From the IMG/VR virus record IMGVR_UViG_3300021356_000024, positions 1 through 52,672 of that record: a stretch of DNA of 52,672 bases. One strand, written 5' to 3'. The notes below the pieces were generated by a model that saw nothing but the letters and a program-made list of their open reading frames with translations, searched no databases and was not told the origin of the DNA. Source of the DNA: a virus (lineage: Duplodnaviria; Caudoviricetes). Position 1 is the stretch's first letter. Each line of letters opens with the position of its first letter. Below, piece after piece: positions 44,584 through 52,672 of the stretch. The position numbers and the translations under genes were made by a program.

Positions 44584-45294
44584 TCAGGCTAATGCGAAAA
44601 AATCTTCTAATTGTCTAAAAACCACTTTCTTCTCTGTTCCCTCAGAATTGGTGTAGTTGACTACATGTTCAATTCTAGGAATTGCTTCAAAGAAACTTTC
44701 GATTTTCTTATATGTGTCGAGAGGAAGATTATCAATGAATTCTTCCTTTTCTTTCTCAGAAACTTCTTTCCAAGAATAAACGTCTTCCTCATCATACACT
44801 GTGTCAATGCAGTGTTTGATCGTTTCGAAACCAATCTCAGTGACCGTTTCAAGGTTGGCCAACCTCTCAGCGATTGTGGGATTCGGCCAACTTAAAGTCA
44901 GACCCATGTTATCACCGAATGTAACGGTGTTATTGACCTCTTCTGGGTATGTGACTTCAACTTCATTGAGATCGACCTCAAGATCATAGAGAATGCCGTC
45001 ATTACTATCTTGAACCTGAAACTTAACGATGTTGTCAATAGAAACCGCACGTAGTTTCAGAAAAATATATTCAAGATCAAATAATGTTGCATCGTCAACA
45101 CTGAAATCGGGATTGATCACACAGTTGTTTACAATCTGCTTCACAGCTTGAAACATATCTTTGCGTTCACCCGACTCTCTAGCCATCATGAGAATCTTTT
45201 CTTCCTTCACAACAAAAGGACGATAATTCAAAGTCTTTTTATTCGAAGGTTGTGTCAACTCAAACGATGCGGTTTGAATCTTAGGTAATGCCAT
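44584..45294 (-). CDS. gp26: baseplate hub / tail assembly chaperone (gp26-like)
   Basis: MALPKI...YRPFVVKEEKILMMA...FDLEYIFLKLRAVS...LEDFF. Confidence 0.85.
   Translation of the reverse strand: MALPKIQTASFELTQPSNKKTLNYRPFVVKEEKILMMARESGERKDMFQAVKQIVNNCVINPDFSVDDATLFDLEYIFLKLRAVSIDNIVKFQVQDSNDGILYDLEVDLNEVEVTYPEEVNNTVTFGDNMGLTLSWPNPTIAERLANLETVTEIGFETIKHCIDTVYDEEDVYSWKEVSEKEKEEFIDNLPLDTYKKIESFFEAIPRIEHVVNYTNSEGTEKKVVFRQLEDFFALA
44596..44602 (-). other. putative -1 ribosomal slippery site T-TTT-TTC
   Basis: GAT TTT TTC in frame, three codons before the gp26-like stop; the -1 frame reads FFRISLSYTNLITMY... into the gp51-like ORF. Confidence 0.65.
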
Positions 45295-45311
45295 AATTTT
45301 TCACCTCAAGT

Positions 45312-45839
45312 TTAACTTACTTTCCAATCAGTATATTTGTATGATACTGCCAATTTTAATGTGTCATCTGAAGAACCCCATGACATCTGCATTTGATCTA
45401 CAGACAATGGGAATGCTTCGTTAAGTGTAATGGTCTTTTTCAGTGCGCCAGTGTTGTGGTCGTACATTTGAATTATTAAAGGTCGAGCATACTCTTCAAG
45501 ATAATATGCAGTGTATTGCTTATCGCCTTTGTAATCTACAACTTTATTGGCCCACTCGTAGAAATCTTGATAGACGCTGTAATCGGCGTCCAGTGTATGC
45601 ACCATTGAAACTTCTTGTGGGTTGAATGCATAAGGAAGTGTGTACATTCTTCCGTTGCCGTATGGTTTGTAATTGTCAACACTCATCCATGCGGCACCGG
45701 GTGCTGATATCGATTCTGTTCTCAGACTAATTTCTCGACCACTGCCGGCTGCGGGTGTTACAATACAGTCGTAACTGTGTGCGCGAGCAAAACCTTTACT
45801 CGCAACCTGTGATTTAAATTGTGATACATCGAATGGCAT
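45312..45839 (-). CDS. tail tube initiator / tube-fold protein (gp54-like)
   Basis: FKSQV..KGFAR...EAFPLSV......W......KLAVSYKY..W. Confidence 0.7.
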   Translation of the reverse strand: MPFDVSQFKSQVASKGFARAHSYDCIVTPAAGSGREISLRTESISAPGAAWMSVDNYKPYGNGRMYTLPYAFNPQEVSMVHTLDADYSVYQDFYEWANKVVDYKGDKQYTAYYLEEYARPLIIQMYDHNTGALKKTITLNEAFPLSVDQMQMSWGSSDDTLKLAVSYKYTDWKVS

Positions 45840-46432
45840 TATAGCATCCTCTTAGAATCTGTCCAGACTCTACTCTTTTTACCTTTCTTAAATCTTTCTG
45901 TTGGCAACATCAACGCAGTATCCCAGTCTTCCGCAGGCACATACAAAAATCTCGACCTAACATGTGTGTTTAGATACTTTTTAACACATGGTTTGAAGTA
46001 ATTGAATTTGCCCGCGGCATTTAACAGACCGTAACTTGCTCTTAATTTTTTGGAATCTCGCACATTGTCTTGCATTGCGATTGAATACAATCTGTCCATC
46101 AACCTCGCACGATACAAGTGCGGTAGATAATGTAGATTCATTCCAAGAAACCCATCTGGATATCTATCCATCACAAATATCAATGGAAATCTATCGTAGT
46201 AGGGTAGTGTGTCTTTGTGTTTCGGATCATAGAAGTACATATACATTCGACCAACATCTTTCATGGTGATGTTGTTGTACAGTCTTTCTCGGTTACGCAT
46301 TTCTTTCTGTACATTTACAGCCGAGACCTGTTGTGCTCGATCACGGTACCAATCTCTCGCTTCTTCTGAACCTACTTTGACACCGGCCGCTTTGCCTTCA
46401 GCCGCAATTTTCTGAAAGATATATGTTGCCAC
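45839..46432 (-). CDS. gp2: DNA end protector protein (gp2)
   Basis: GRMYMYFYDPKHKDTLPYYDRFPL, GMNLHYLP, CVKKYL..HV; GTG start overlaps the gp4 stop. Confidence 0.92.
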   Translation of the reverse strand: MATYIFQKIAAEGKAAGVKVGSEEARDWYRDRAQQVSAVNVQKEMRNRERLYNNITMKDVGRMYMYFYDPKHKDTLPYYDRFPLIFVMDRYPDGFLGMNLHYLPHLYRARLMDRLYSIAMQDNVRDSKKLRASYGLLNAAGKFNYFKPCVKKYLNTHVRSRFLYVPAEDWDTALMLPTERFKKGKKSRVWTDSKRML

Positions 46433-46875
46433 TATTTGATTCCTAATTCGTGTTCGGTCATAATCATGAATTTCCATCCACGATTATCGCAATACTTTTT
46501 TGCTGCATCCCACTTGCTTTTATTTATCGCCCACGACTTAACTTCATATAAATAACTTTTGGTCATCTTTTTTTGTGGTGTGGGTTCTTGAGTCTGTTTG
46601 TAGGGTTTTACCTCAATCACGACAGTTTCTATCTTTCCTGACTGATTTTTCATCTTCACCCAAAAATCGGTGAAATATCTATGCACTCTGCCGTCTAAAG
46701 GTGATCGATAAGGTATAACTAATTCTTCACTGCCCCACTGTAAAACATCTGGGTGTTTGTCTAAATATACCATAAGACGTAGCTCCCAACTACTACGATA
46801 AATAATGTTAGTGGGATCACCGCGGTATTTCTTGGGATTATTGGGTTTGAAGTAACCCTTGTACGTTTTGACCAT
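46432..46875 (-). CDS. gp4: head completion nuclease (gp4)
   Basis: YKG.FKP.NPKKY.GD..NIIYRSSWE, WGSEE, HRYFTDF, IEVKP, N.SKW.AA. Confidence 0.93.
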   Translation of the reverse strand: MVKTYKGYFKPNNPKKYRGDPTNIIYRSSWELRLMVYLDKHPDVLQWGSEELVIPYRSPLDGRVHRYFTDFWVKMKNQSGKIETVVIEVKPYKQTQEPTPQKKMTKSYLYEVKSWAINKSKWDAAKKYCDNRGWKFMIMTEHELGIK

Positions 46876-46880
46876 AAGCA

Positions 46881-46888
46881 TATTTATA
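46881..46888 (-). promoter_or_regulatory. T4 late promoter for the leftward operon
   Basis: TATAAATA on the minus strand immediately upstream of gp4. Confidence 0.75.
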
Positions 46889-46899
46889 GGACCTAATAA

Positions 46900-48153
46900 A
46901 TGGCAAATACAACAATATCGGTTAACTCTCTTAAAGACGTTAGCCCAAGTGCCGGTCAACTTAAAACAAATCTATCGAATCGTCAAAAAGCTCAGTTAGA
47001 AGTACTGAACGGTCTTCCCGGTTCTGTCGGCCGACCCGGTAGAATCACTGGTTCTGTCTCAAACTCACTGTCTGGTGCGAATAAGACCACGGTCGGTACA
47101 ATGAGCGCCGCCGCATCACTCGCAGGCGCACTTGACAACGCTGGTATTCACAACGATGTGACTCGACGATTGTTGACAGAAAAGGTGTCACCTGCTCTCA
47201 ATGCAAAAGTTGGTATCATTGATCGATCAAACAAGACACCGACTGACCTGAGTATTAAATCGAATCGTCTGCCAAGTATTGCACAAAAGAGTGCTACTGA
47301 GAAAATGGACGAGACACGTATTCGATTGATGGGTGAAGGCGACCTTGGTTATCAGGGTACCGCATTCCCACCTGATCTGGCGGCTAGAACTCCTGCATTT
47401 ATTATGTTACACTTTCACACATATACACGTGGTAATGCCTTCAGTAAGGGTAGTCTCAGTGGCGGTACAAAAGTATTCTTGCCTCTGCCAGAAAACTTTC
47501 AACAGATTTTTGCGATTCAGGCAGACAGTAAAGACCTGACCTCGTTTTCGCCTATGATGAAAGGCGCGCTTGAAAATGGCGGCGCAGATTTCTTAGGTAA
47601 TAAAACGGCCGATCAAGCTTATGAAAGTATCAAAGAAATGGGATCAGCGTTTCTAGACGAAATGAAAAAGGAAGAAAATGCGGTTAGAGATGAGGCCAGA
47701 GCCATCGCCGCTCGTGCTGCAATTGGTGCGTCATCATCTGTCGGCGCAGAAGGTTTGGCCGCGGCCGCCCAAGCTGCTGTAGGTTCGATACCAAATCCAC
47801 ATCCGACTGCATTCTTTCAAGGCATACCATTGCGTCGATTCTCATGGCAATGGAAATTTGTACCACGAAAACAAAGTGAGGCAGACGCACTGCGTTCTAT
47901 TTTAAAAACAATTAAGAAAGAGATTTTGCCAGAGGCCTCGGGTGGTTTCTTGAACTCGCCTTCATTCGTACAACCTTCAGTTGAAGGCCAAAACAAGCTC
48001 GATATCAAATTTAAGAAAAGTATGATTACGCAATTCAGTATCAACTATACCGCAGAAGGCACCTCTGCTTTCTTCCATGACGGATCACCTGTATCTGTAC
48101 TATGTGGTATGGAATTCACTGAGATGGAACTTTTCTTGAAGGGAGATTTGTAA
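46900..48153 (+). CDS. gp48: baseplate tail-tube cap (gp48-like)
   Basis: VFLPLP...PNPH..AFFQG..LRRFSWQWKFVPR...EA...EFTE; precedes gp53. Confidence 0.75.
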   Translation: MANTTISVNSLKDVSPSAGQLKTNLSNRQKAQLEVLNGLPGSVGRPGRITGSVSNSLSGANKTTVGTMSAAASLAGALDNAGIHNDVTRRLLTEKVSPALNAKVGIIDRSNKTPTDLSIKSNRLPSIAQKSATEKMDETRIRLMGEGDLGYQGTAFPPDLAARTPAFIMLHFHTYTRGNAFSKGSLSGGTKVFLPLPENFQQIFAIQADSKDLTSFSPMMKGALENGGADFLGNKTADQAYESIKEMGSAFLDEMKKEENAVRDEARAIAARAAIGASSSVGAEGLAAAAQAAVGSIPNPHPTAFFQGIPLRRFSWQWKFVPRKQSEADALRSILKTIKKEILPEASGGFLNSPSFVQPSVEGQNKLDIKFKKSMITQFSINYTAEGTSAFFHDGSPVSVLCGMEFTEMELFLKGDL

Positions 48154-48154
48154 G

Positions 48155-49147
48155 ATGTCATCGAAAGATTTGTACAAAGATTCGCCTTACTTTAAAAAGT
48201 TTCCTGTTGTAGACTACAAAGGTAATGTTGCACTTGATCTATTGAAAAGGGTCGATATCAACTCACAGGTGCAAAATTTCTATAACGCCTTCTATGCTTA
48301 TACAATGAACCGAGATGATCGTGTTGAAGACGTTGCATTCAACTACTACGATGATGTTGATTATGACTGGATCATTTATATGGCAAACGATGTCGTTGAT
48401 CCTTACTACGATGTTCCTTTGAACAGTGAGAACTTTGATAAATTTCTTATCAAAAAATATGGCACAATAGAGACTGCACAGACAAAAATCTTGTACTACA
48501 AATCCAATTGGGCCGGTGATGATACAATACTTTCATCTTCTGGTTACGAGGCATTGAGTACTAACTTTAATCCTGATGGTCGAAATGATACGAGTGTTCT
48601 GCCTGATGCAGTGGGTAACCCACGCAAATACTGGAAGGCAATTGAAAACAACGCTGGTGTCATTGGTTATCAACGAAACGATGTAGACATCATTGTTACG
48701 ACAAACAGAATAGAAACTTACACCATCGAAAACGCTAACGGAACATTTGTCGAAGGTGAACGATTGCTTGCTGTAGATGATGCAACTCTGCGAGCAAACT
48801 ACAAATCATCGAACACGACCAATATGATCATCGACAGTATCGAAGGTTCTTTCTGTTCTAATGCAGACTTCAGTGTACGTGGTTATGAATCAGGTGCAAC
48901 AGTCACAATCAAGGCACACTCTGCTGGCGCAAGCGAAGCGACGATCAATCAGTTGGCCGCTTTGACAGTCGCAGATAACGGACCCATCATTACACACGTG
49001 ATACCGAAAGTCGAAACACAATACTTTAAACCAGTAACAGCATTCGAACATGAAGAGGAATTGAACGAGAAAAAACGAGATATATATTTGATCGAAGAAG
49101 GATATAAACACGATCTGAACCAACAACTCAAAGATATACTCTCTTAA
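48155..49147 (+). CDS. gp53: baseplate wedge subunit (gp53-like)
   Basis: YFKKFP.VDY...DRVEDVA..YY...YDWII.MAN...DP...KKYG...FEHEEELNEKKR.I. Confidence 0.85.
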   Translation: MSSKDLYKDSPYFKKFPVVDYKGNVALDLLKRVDINSQVQNFYNAFYAYTMNRDDRVEDVAFNYYDDVDYDWIIYMANDVVDPYYDVPLNSENFDKFLIKKYGTIETAQTKILYYKSNWAGDDTILSSSGYEALSTNFNPDGRNDTSVLPDAVGNPRKYWKAIENNAGVIGYQRNDVDIIVTTNRIETYTIENANGTFVEGERLLAVDDATLRANYKSSNTTNMIIDSIEGSFCSNADFSVRGYESGATVTIKAHSAGASEATINQLAALTVADNGPIITHVIPKVETQYFKPVTAFEHEEELNEKKRDIYLIEEGYKHDLNQQLKDILS

Positions 49148-49150
49148 ATT

Positions 49151-50428
49151 ATGGCCTCCAAGAACGTTGAAACAGGTGAATTAGAGGTAGTCGGAAATAA
49201 AATCACGATTACTACCTTTACTGGCGGAAACCCTCAAAACATCCATCACCTTGTACAAAGTTTTGATATTTACGAATCGCTTGATAACAATTGTATCACG
49301 GCGGATTTTATCGTATATGATGGTGTTGAATTGACCAACTATCTTCCCGCGGCCGGCGAAGAAAAGATTTCTCTATCAATTAAAACACCTTCACGTAAAA
49401 CCTGTACGTATAATTTCTTTGTGCATACCATATCTGGTATGAGTGCTACTAATGATGCTCAACATAAGACATATCGTTTTCAATGTGTGTCGATGGATTA
49501 TCTAAACAACTCATACATGAAGATCACCAAAAGATATACTGACAAAAAATATGACGAAGCAGCAAACGAAGTATTGAAAGTAGATTTTCCTGTCAGTAAA
49601 GGCCTTGAAGTGGAACCTACAAAAGGTAAGTTTGATTATGTGGTCAACAACGTGCGGCCGTTTCAGATTATGGATTTATTGTGTGAACGTGCCGTGCCAT
49701 CAAATGACTCTCATGCCGGCAGTAACTATGTTTTCTATGAAGACAACGAAAAATATTATTTCGTAACACTAGAACACCTGATTGAGACACGAAAGGGCAA
49801 GGCCGAAGGATTTACTTTTGTTTACGATACAGGCAACAGGTTTGAAGATTTTGATAAGGTCGTCAACGTTCGAAATATTCTCAATTACGAGGTATATGAT
49901 CTAGGTAAATCAGTAGACAAGGTTCTTGCTGGGGCACAAAGAAATCAGGTTAGAGAGTTTGACATCTATCACGGCGATTATTTTGTGAAAGAAGAATATA
50001 CAAACACTTCTGACTTTAAGAAATTCCAGAAGACAGACAAGAACATTGACCTAAACAGTGCCGCCTATTCTGGTTCAGTAGAAGGTATGCCTGCTCGTAC
50101 AATGATGGCAGTGAAAGACGGACTGCGACCTGAGATGGAACACAATAAGAGTATACCAAAAAAGAGAGCATTCGAATCAAAGATTGCCCAACACGGTATG
50201 AAGATACAGGTATACAACGACACAAATTTATTGCCTGGTGATGTTGTAAAGTGTAAAGTGCCTGAGATTGCGTTTACAACACAAGGCCGAAAAGAACAGG
50301 AAGTATACTCGGGAAATTATTTCATACAAAATATGAGACTAACTGCAACTAAGAGATCGGACGGCCTTGTAGAGGGATTTCATATTCTAGACTTACGACG
50401 ACCGAACTTAGGTAAAGAGATAGGATAA
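49151..50428 (+). CDS. baseplate hub protein (gp27-like)
   Basis: IYESLDNN.ITA...GEEKI...YVFYE...YSGNYFI; lies between gp53 and gp5. Confidence 0.65.
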   Translation: MASKNVETGELEVVGNKITITTFTGGNPQNIHHLVQSFDIYESLDNNCITADFIVYDGVELTNYLPAAGEEKISLSIKTPSRKTCTYNFFVHTISGMSATNDAQHKTYRFQCVSMDYLNNSYMKITKRYTDKKYDEAANEVLKVDFPVSKGLEVEPTKGKFDYVVNNVRPFQIMDLLCERAVPSNDSHAGSNYVFYEDNEKYYFVTLEHLIETRKGKAEGFTFVYDTGNRFEDFDKVVNVRNILNYEVYDLGKSVDKVLAGAQRNQVREFDIYHGDYFVKEEYTNTSDFKKFQKTDKNIDLNSAAYSGSVEGMPARTMMAVKDGLRPEMEHNKSIPKKRAFESKIAQHGMKIQVYNDTNLLPGDVVKCKVPEIAFTTQGRKEQEVYSGNYFIQNMRLTATKRSDGLVEGFHILDLRRPNLGKEIG

Positions 50429-50429
50429 A

Positions 50430-51986
50430 ATGGCAAATTATCAATTAGGCGAATCATTTCGCTGGTTTATTGCAAGAGTGATTGACATAAACGATCCAGA
50501 AAAACTGGGTCGAGTGAAGATTCGTGTGATTCATGAACAGACGGGTGAGTTAGGTAAAAAGAAAAAGACATTTGGTATTCTTGATGAAGACCTGTTATGG
50601 GCATATCCTATCTCTGCAATACAATCTGCTTCTCTCTCATGGAAAAAAATTACCGAACTAGAGAAGTTTGAAACACCTGACTGGATTGATGCTGTTGGTC
50701 TTTCACCGACAGGCCTTGCAGTCTCATCATATGTTTATGGTTTCTATCTTGATGGTCATGAGGCAAATATTCCTCTGATCTTTGGTACTTACCACAAGAT
50801 GTCACGATATCCAGAACCACCACCAAGTAATGCACCCGTTGACGGTGAAGAATCATTGTTGCAGATGGAACCACCACAAGGCGAGACATTCTTTTATTCA
50901 GATATCGCCGCACTTGCAAAAGGTTTCTATGAAGACCCGCAACGACCTGAAGTCAATGGTCCCGGTCAAACACTACCAAAAGATCCACACACAGTCAGCA
51001 CACTTTGGGGTCAGCCAGAAGGTAAAGCACCCGTAGATGAACCGCCGTCTGCATACGCCACAGTTTATCCGTATAACACAACATACACCACAAAATCTGG
51101 TCATGCCATCGAAATGGATGATACCCCTGGATCAGAACGAATTCATATCTGGCATAAATCTGGTTGTTACGAAGAAATCTCAAACGGACCACCCGGTGAG
51201 AATACAGACCAAGACGGCGCAAAGAAAGATCCAAATTATCCCAAGGGTCCCGTCGAATACGTATACACCACAGCCGGCGGTATTACAGAACCTAGTTGGT
51301 CAGGTCGCCGCAATATTGTCACGAATGATAACTATAACTCAACGATTCGAAAAGATAAGAACGAACTCATTCAACGTGACCATAACGTAGAGATTGCAAA
51401 TACACAGATCACTCGACTCGGTGCGACTACATTTATCTCCTCTGGTTATGGTTCACCGACAGGCAACCGAGATCCAGAAGACGGTAAGACATATGCTGAT
51501 GGTGGTCTTGATAAAGGTTATTTGTACGTTGACACAAAAGAAACGGCCGTTCACACCGTCGATAAGAACTTCCTAATCTCCGTCAATAAAGGCGGACCAG
51601 ATGGTGAGTATCGATTCTCTGATGATGAAAAAGGTAACTATCGATTAGAAGTTGCAAACAATGCCAATGAAGAAATTGGCAATAATCACATCGTCACGAT
51701 TGCAAACAACCAGAATATCACCATTGGCAATAACCAAACTGTTTCAGTCGGTGCAAACTGTACAGTCTCTATTGCTGATCATTGTACCGTATCAATTGGT
51801 CAAAACTGTACTATCATCGTGGGTGGTAATGCAAGAGTCACCGTCTCAGGTCAAGCCGATGTATCAGTCGGTGGTAATATGAGTGTGACTGCCGGCGGTA
51901 CTGCTCGAATCGCATCAACCGGTGCCATGGACATTACCTCGTCCTCTGCGATACGAATGTCTGCACCAACAATTGATCTGAACTAA
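50430..51986 (+). CDS. gp5: baseplate central spike gp5-like (OB fold plus beta-helix, no lysozyme domain seen)
   Basis: DPEKLGRVKIR, LLWA, GFYLDG, YPYN....TKSGH.IEMDDTPG.ERI; V/IxGN octad repeats; ends IDLN. Confidence 0.9.
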   Translation: MANYQLGESFRWFIARVIDINDPEKLGRVKIRVIHEQTGELGKKKKTFGILDEDLLWAYPISAIQSASLSWKKITELEKFETPDWIDAVGLSPTGLAVSSYVYGFYLDGHEANIPLIFGTYHKMSRYPEPPPSNAPVDGEESLLQMEPPQGETFFYSDIAALAKGFYEDPQRPEVNGPGQTLPKDPHTVSTLWGQPEGKAPVDEPPSAYATVYPYNTTYTTKSGHAIEMDDTPGSERIHIWHKSGCYEEISNGPPGENTDQDGAKKDPNYPKGPVEYVYTTAGGITEPSWSGRRNIVTNDNYNSTIRKDKNELIQRDHNVEIANTQITRLGATTFISSGYGSPTGNRDPEDGKTYADGGLDKGYLYVDTKETAVHTVDKNFLISVNKGGPDGEYRFSDDEKGNYRLEVANNANEEIGNNHIVTIANNQNITIGNNQTVSVGANCTVSIADHCTVSIGQNCTIIVGGNARVTVSGQADVSVGGNMSVTAGGTARIASTGAMDITSSSAIRMSAPTIDLN

Positions 51987-51987
51987 C

Positions 51988-52672
51988 ATGCCAGAAAAAA
52001 CAGAACATGAAATTAAACTAGTGATCACACCTTGGGCAAATAACGACTCATGTAATGTAAAAGTGTGTGAGTGTATTACCCAAGGTTGGAACGTTGAAAC
52101 ATCCTCTACTCTCGACTATGAGTTTGAAGTTTCGCCTGAAATTCCTCCAGTGGTGAATACTGAAGTCGATGAGTTTTTTGCAAACGGCGATCCAAATCCA
52201 GATTACATCGTTGAAGAAGGTCAAGAGGCCGTCTACGAGACCAGAACTGCCGTTGCCATTGTCACCAGTGCAAACGTCATTGGTATTGATGATGTAACCG
52301 CAAACGAGAAATGCAAAGACCCTTACGTAGCAGGTTGTAATCCAGATGGATCGGCTATTAAGTACGAAGACATCGTGGTCAATCCACAAAAGATGCAAGC
52401 ATATGCTAAGTGGAAGTATTTACAAGAATACTATTTTCCTAATAATCAAATCGAATGGACTACCCGACCTGATCAAACCTTTCCGCCTCTATCCGAAGAA
52501 GGTGTCAATGTAGACCAGTTTCTTTATTACTGTGCAAACACTGAACTGCCACTAGGTAATACCCAGATTCGGGAATACATGAGAATCGAATTAGATAATG
52601 CTCTACAAGTGAATGGCGAATTATCAATTTGTGAATGCAATATCTGTGTCGTCGGTGAGGCGAAATGGGAAG
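51988..52672 (+). CDS. hypothetical baseplate-region protein, truncated by the window end
   Basis: frame open from ATG 51988 to the end of the window (MPEKTEHEIKLVITPW...). Confidence 0.65.
   Translation, partial: MPEKTEHEIKLVITPWANNDSCNVKVCECITQGWNVETSSTLDYEFEVSPEIPPVVNTEVDEFFANGDPNPDYIVEEGQEAVYETRTAVAIVTSANVIGIDDVTANEKCKDPYVAGCNPDGSAIKYEDIVVNPQKMQAYAKWKYLQEYYFPNNQIEWTTRPDQTFPPLSEEGVNVDQFLYYCANTELPLGNTQIREYMRIELDNALQVNGELSICECNICVVGEAKWE

Noticed and set aside
40583-46269. Plus-strand ORFs within the leftward tail operon
   Set aside because: Antisense shadows of the tape-measure, gp26, gp54 and gp2 genes
1-52672. Stop-codon reassignment
   Set aside because: Core genes are intact in the standard code, and TAA, TAG and TGA all terminate genes

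Overview
This window is a fragment of a T4-like myovirus genome, densely coding in the standard genetic code. The host is probably a Gram-negative heterotroph, inferred from the spanin pair, AOX, PsiE, a SutA-like motif and IHF-type sites; no photosynthesis genes are present. Layout: (1) early accessory ORFs behind a sigma70 promoter (1-3.3 kb). (2) A late region (3.4-17.7 kb) with a nuclease-like protein, alternative oxidase, a ligase-like KxDG protein, carbamoyl-, sulfo- and methyltransferases, a HIGH-type nucleotidyltransferase fusion, modular putative internal-head polyproteins and a spanin pair. (3) Replication and nucleotide metabolism genes (gp61, nrdA/B, glutaredoxin, rnh, phoH, thyX, psiE). 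(4) A second early accessory region (32.5-38 kb). (5) gp33-gp59-gp32. (6) Tail and baseplate genes (tape-measure-like, gp51/gp26, gp54, gp2, gp4, gp48, gp53, hub, gp5). The strongest leads are a lambda G/T-style -1 frameshift joining the gp26-like and gp51-like ORFs, a cluster of putative capsid-targeted, protease-processed payload proteins, a tandem-hairpin RNA leader, a phage AOX, a SutA-like mini-protein and an annexin-like repeat in the tape-measure protein. All family names come from motif recognition by eye; no database search was run.
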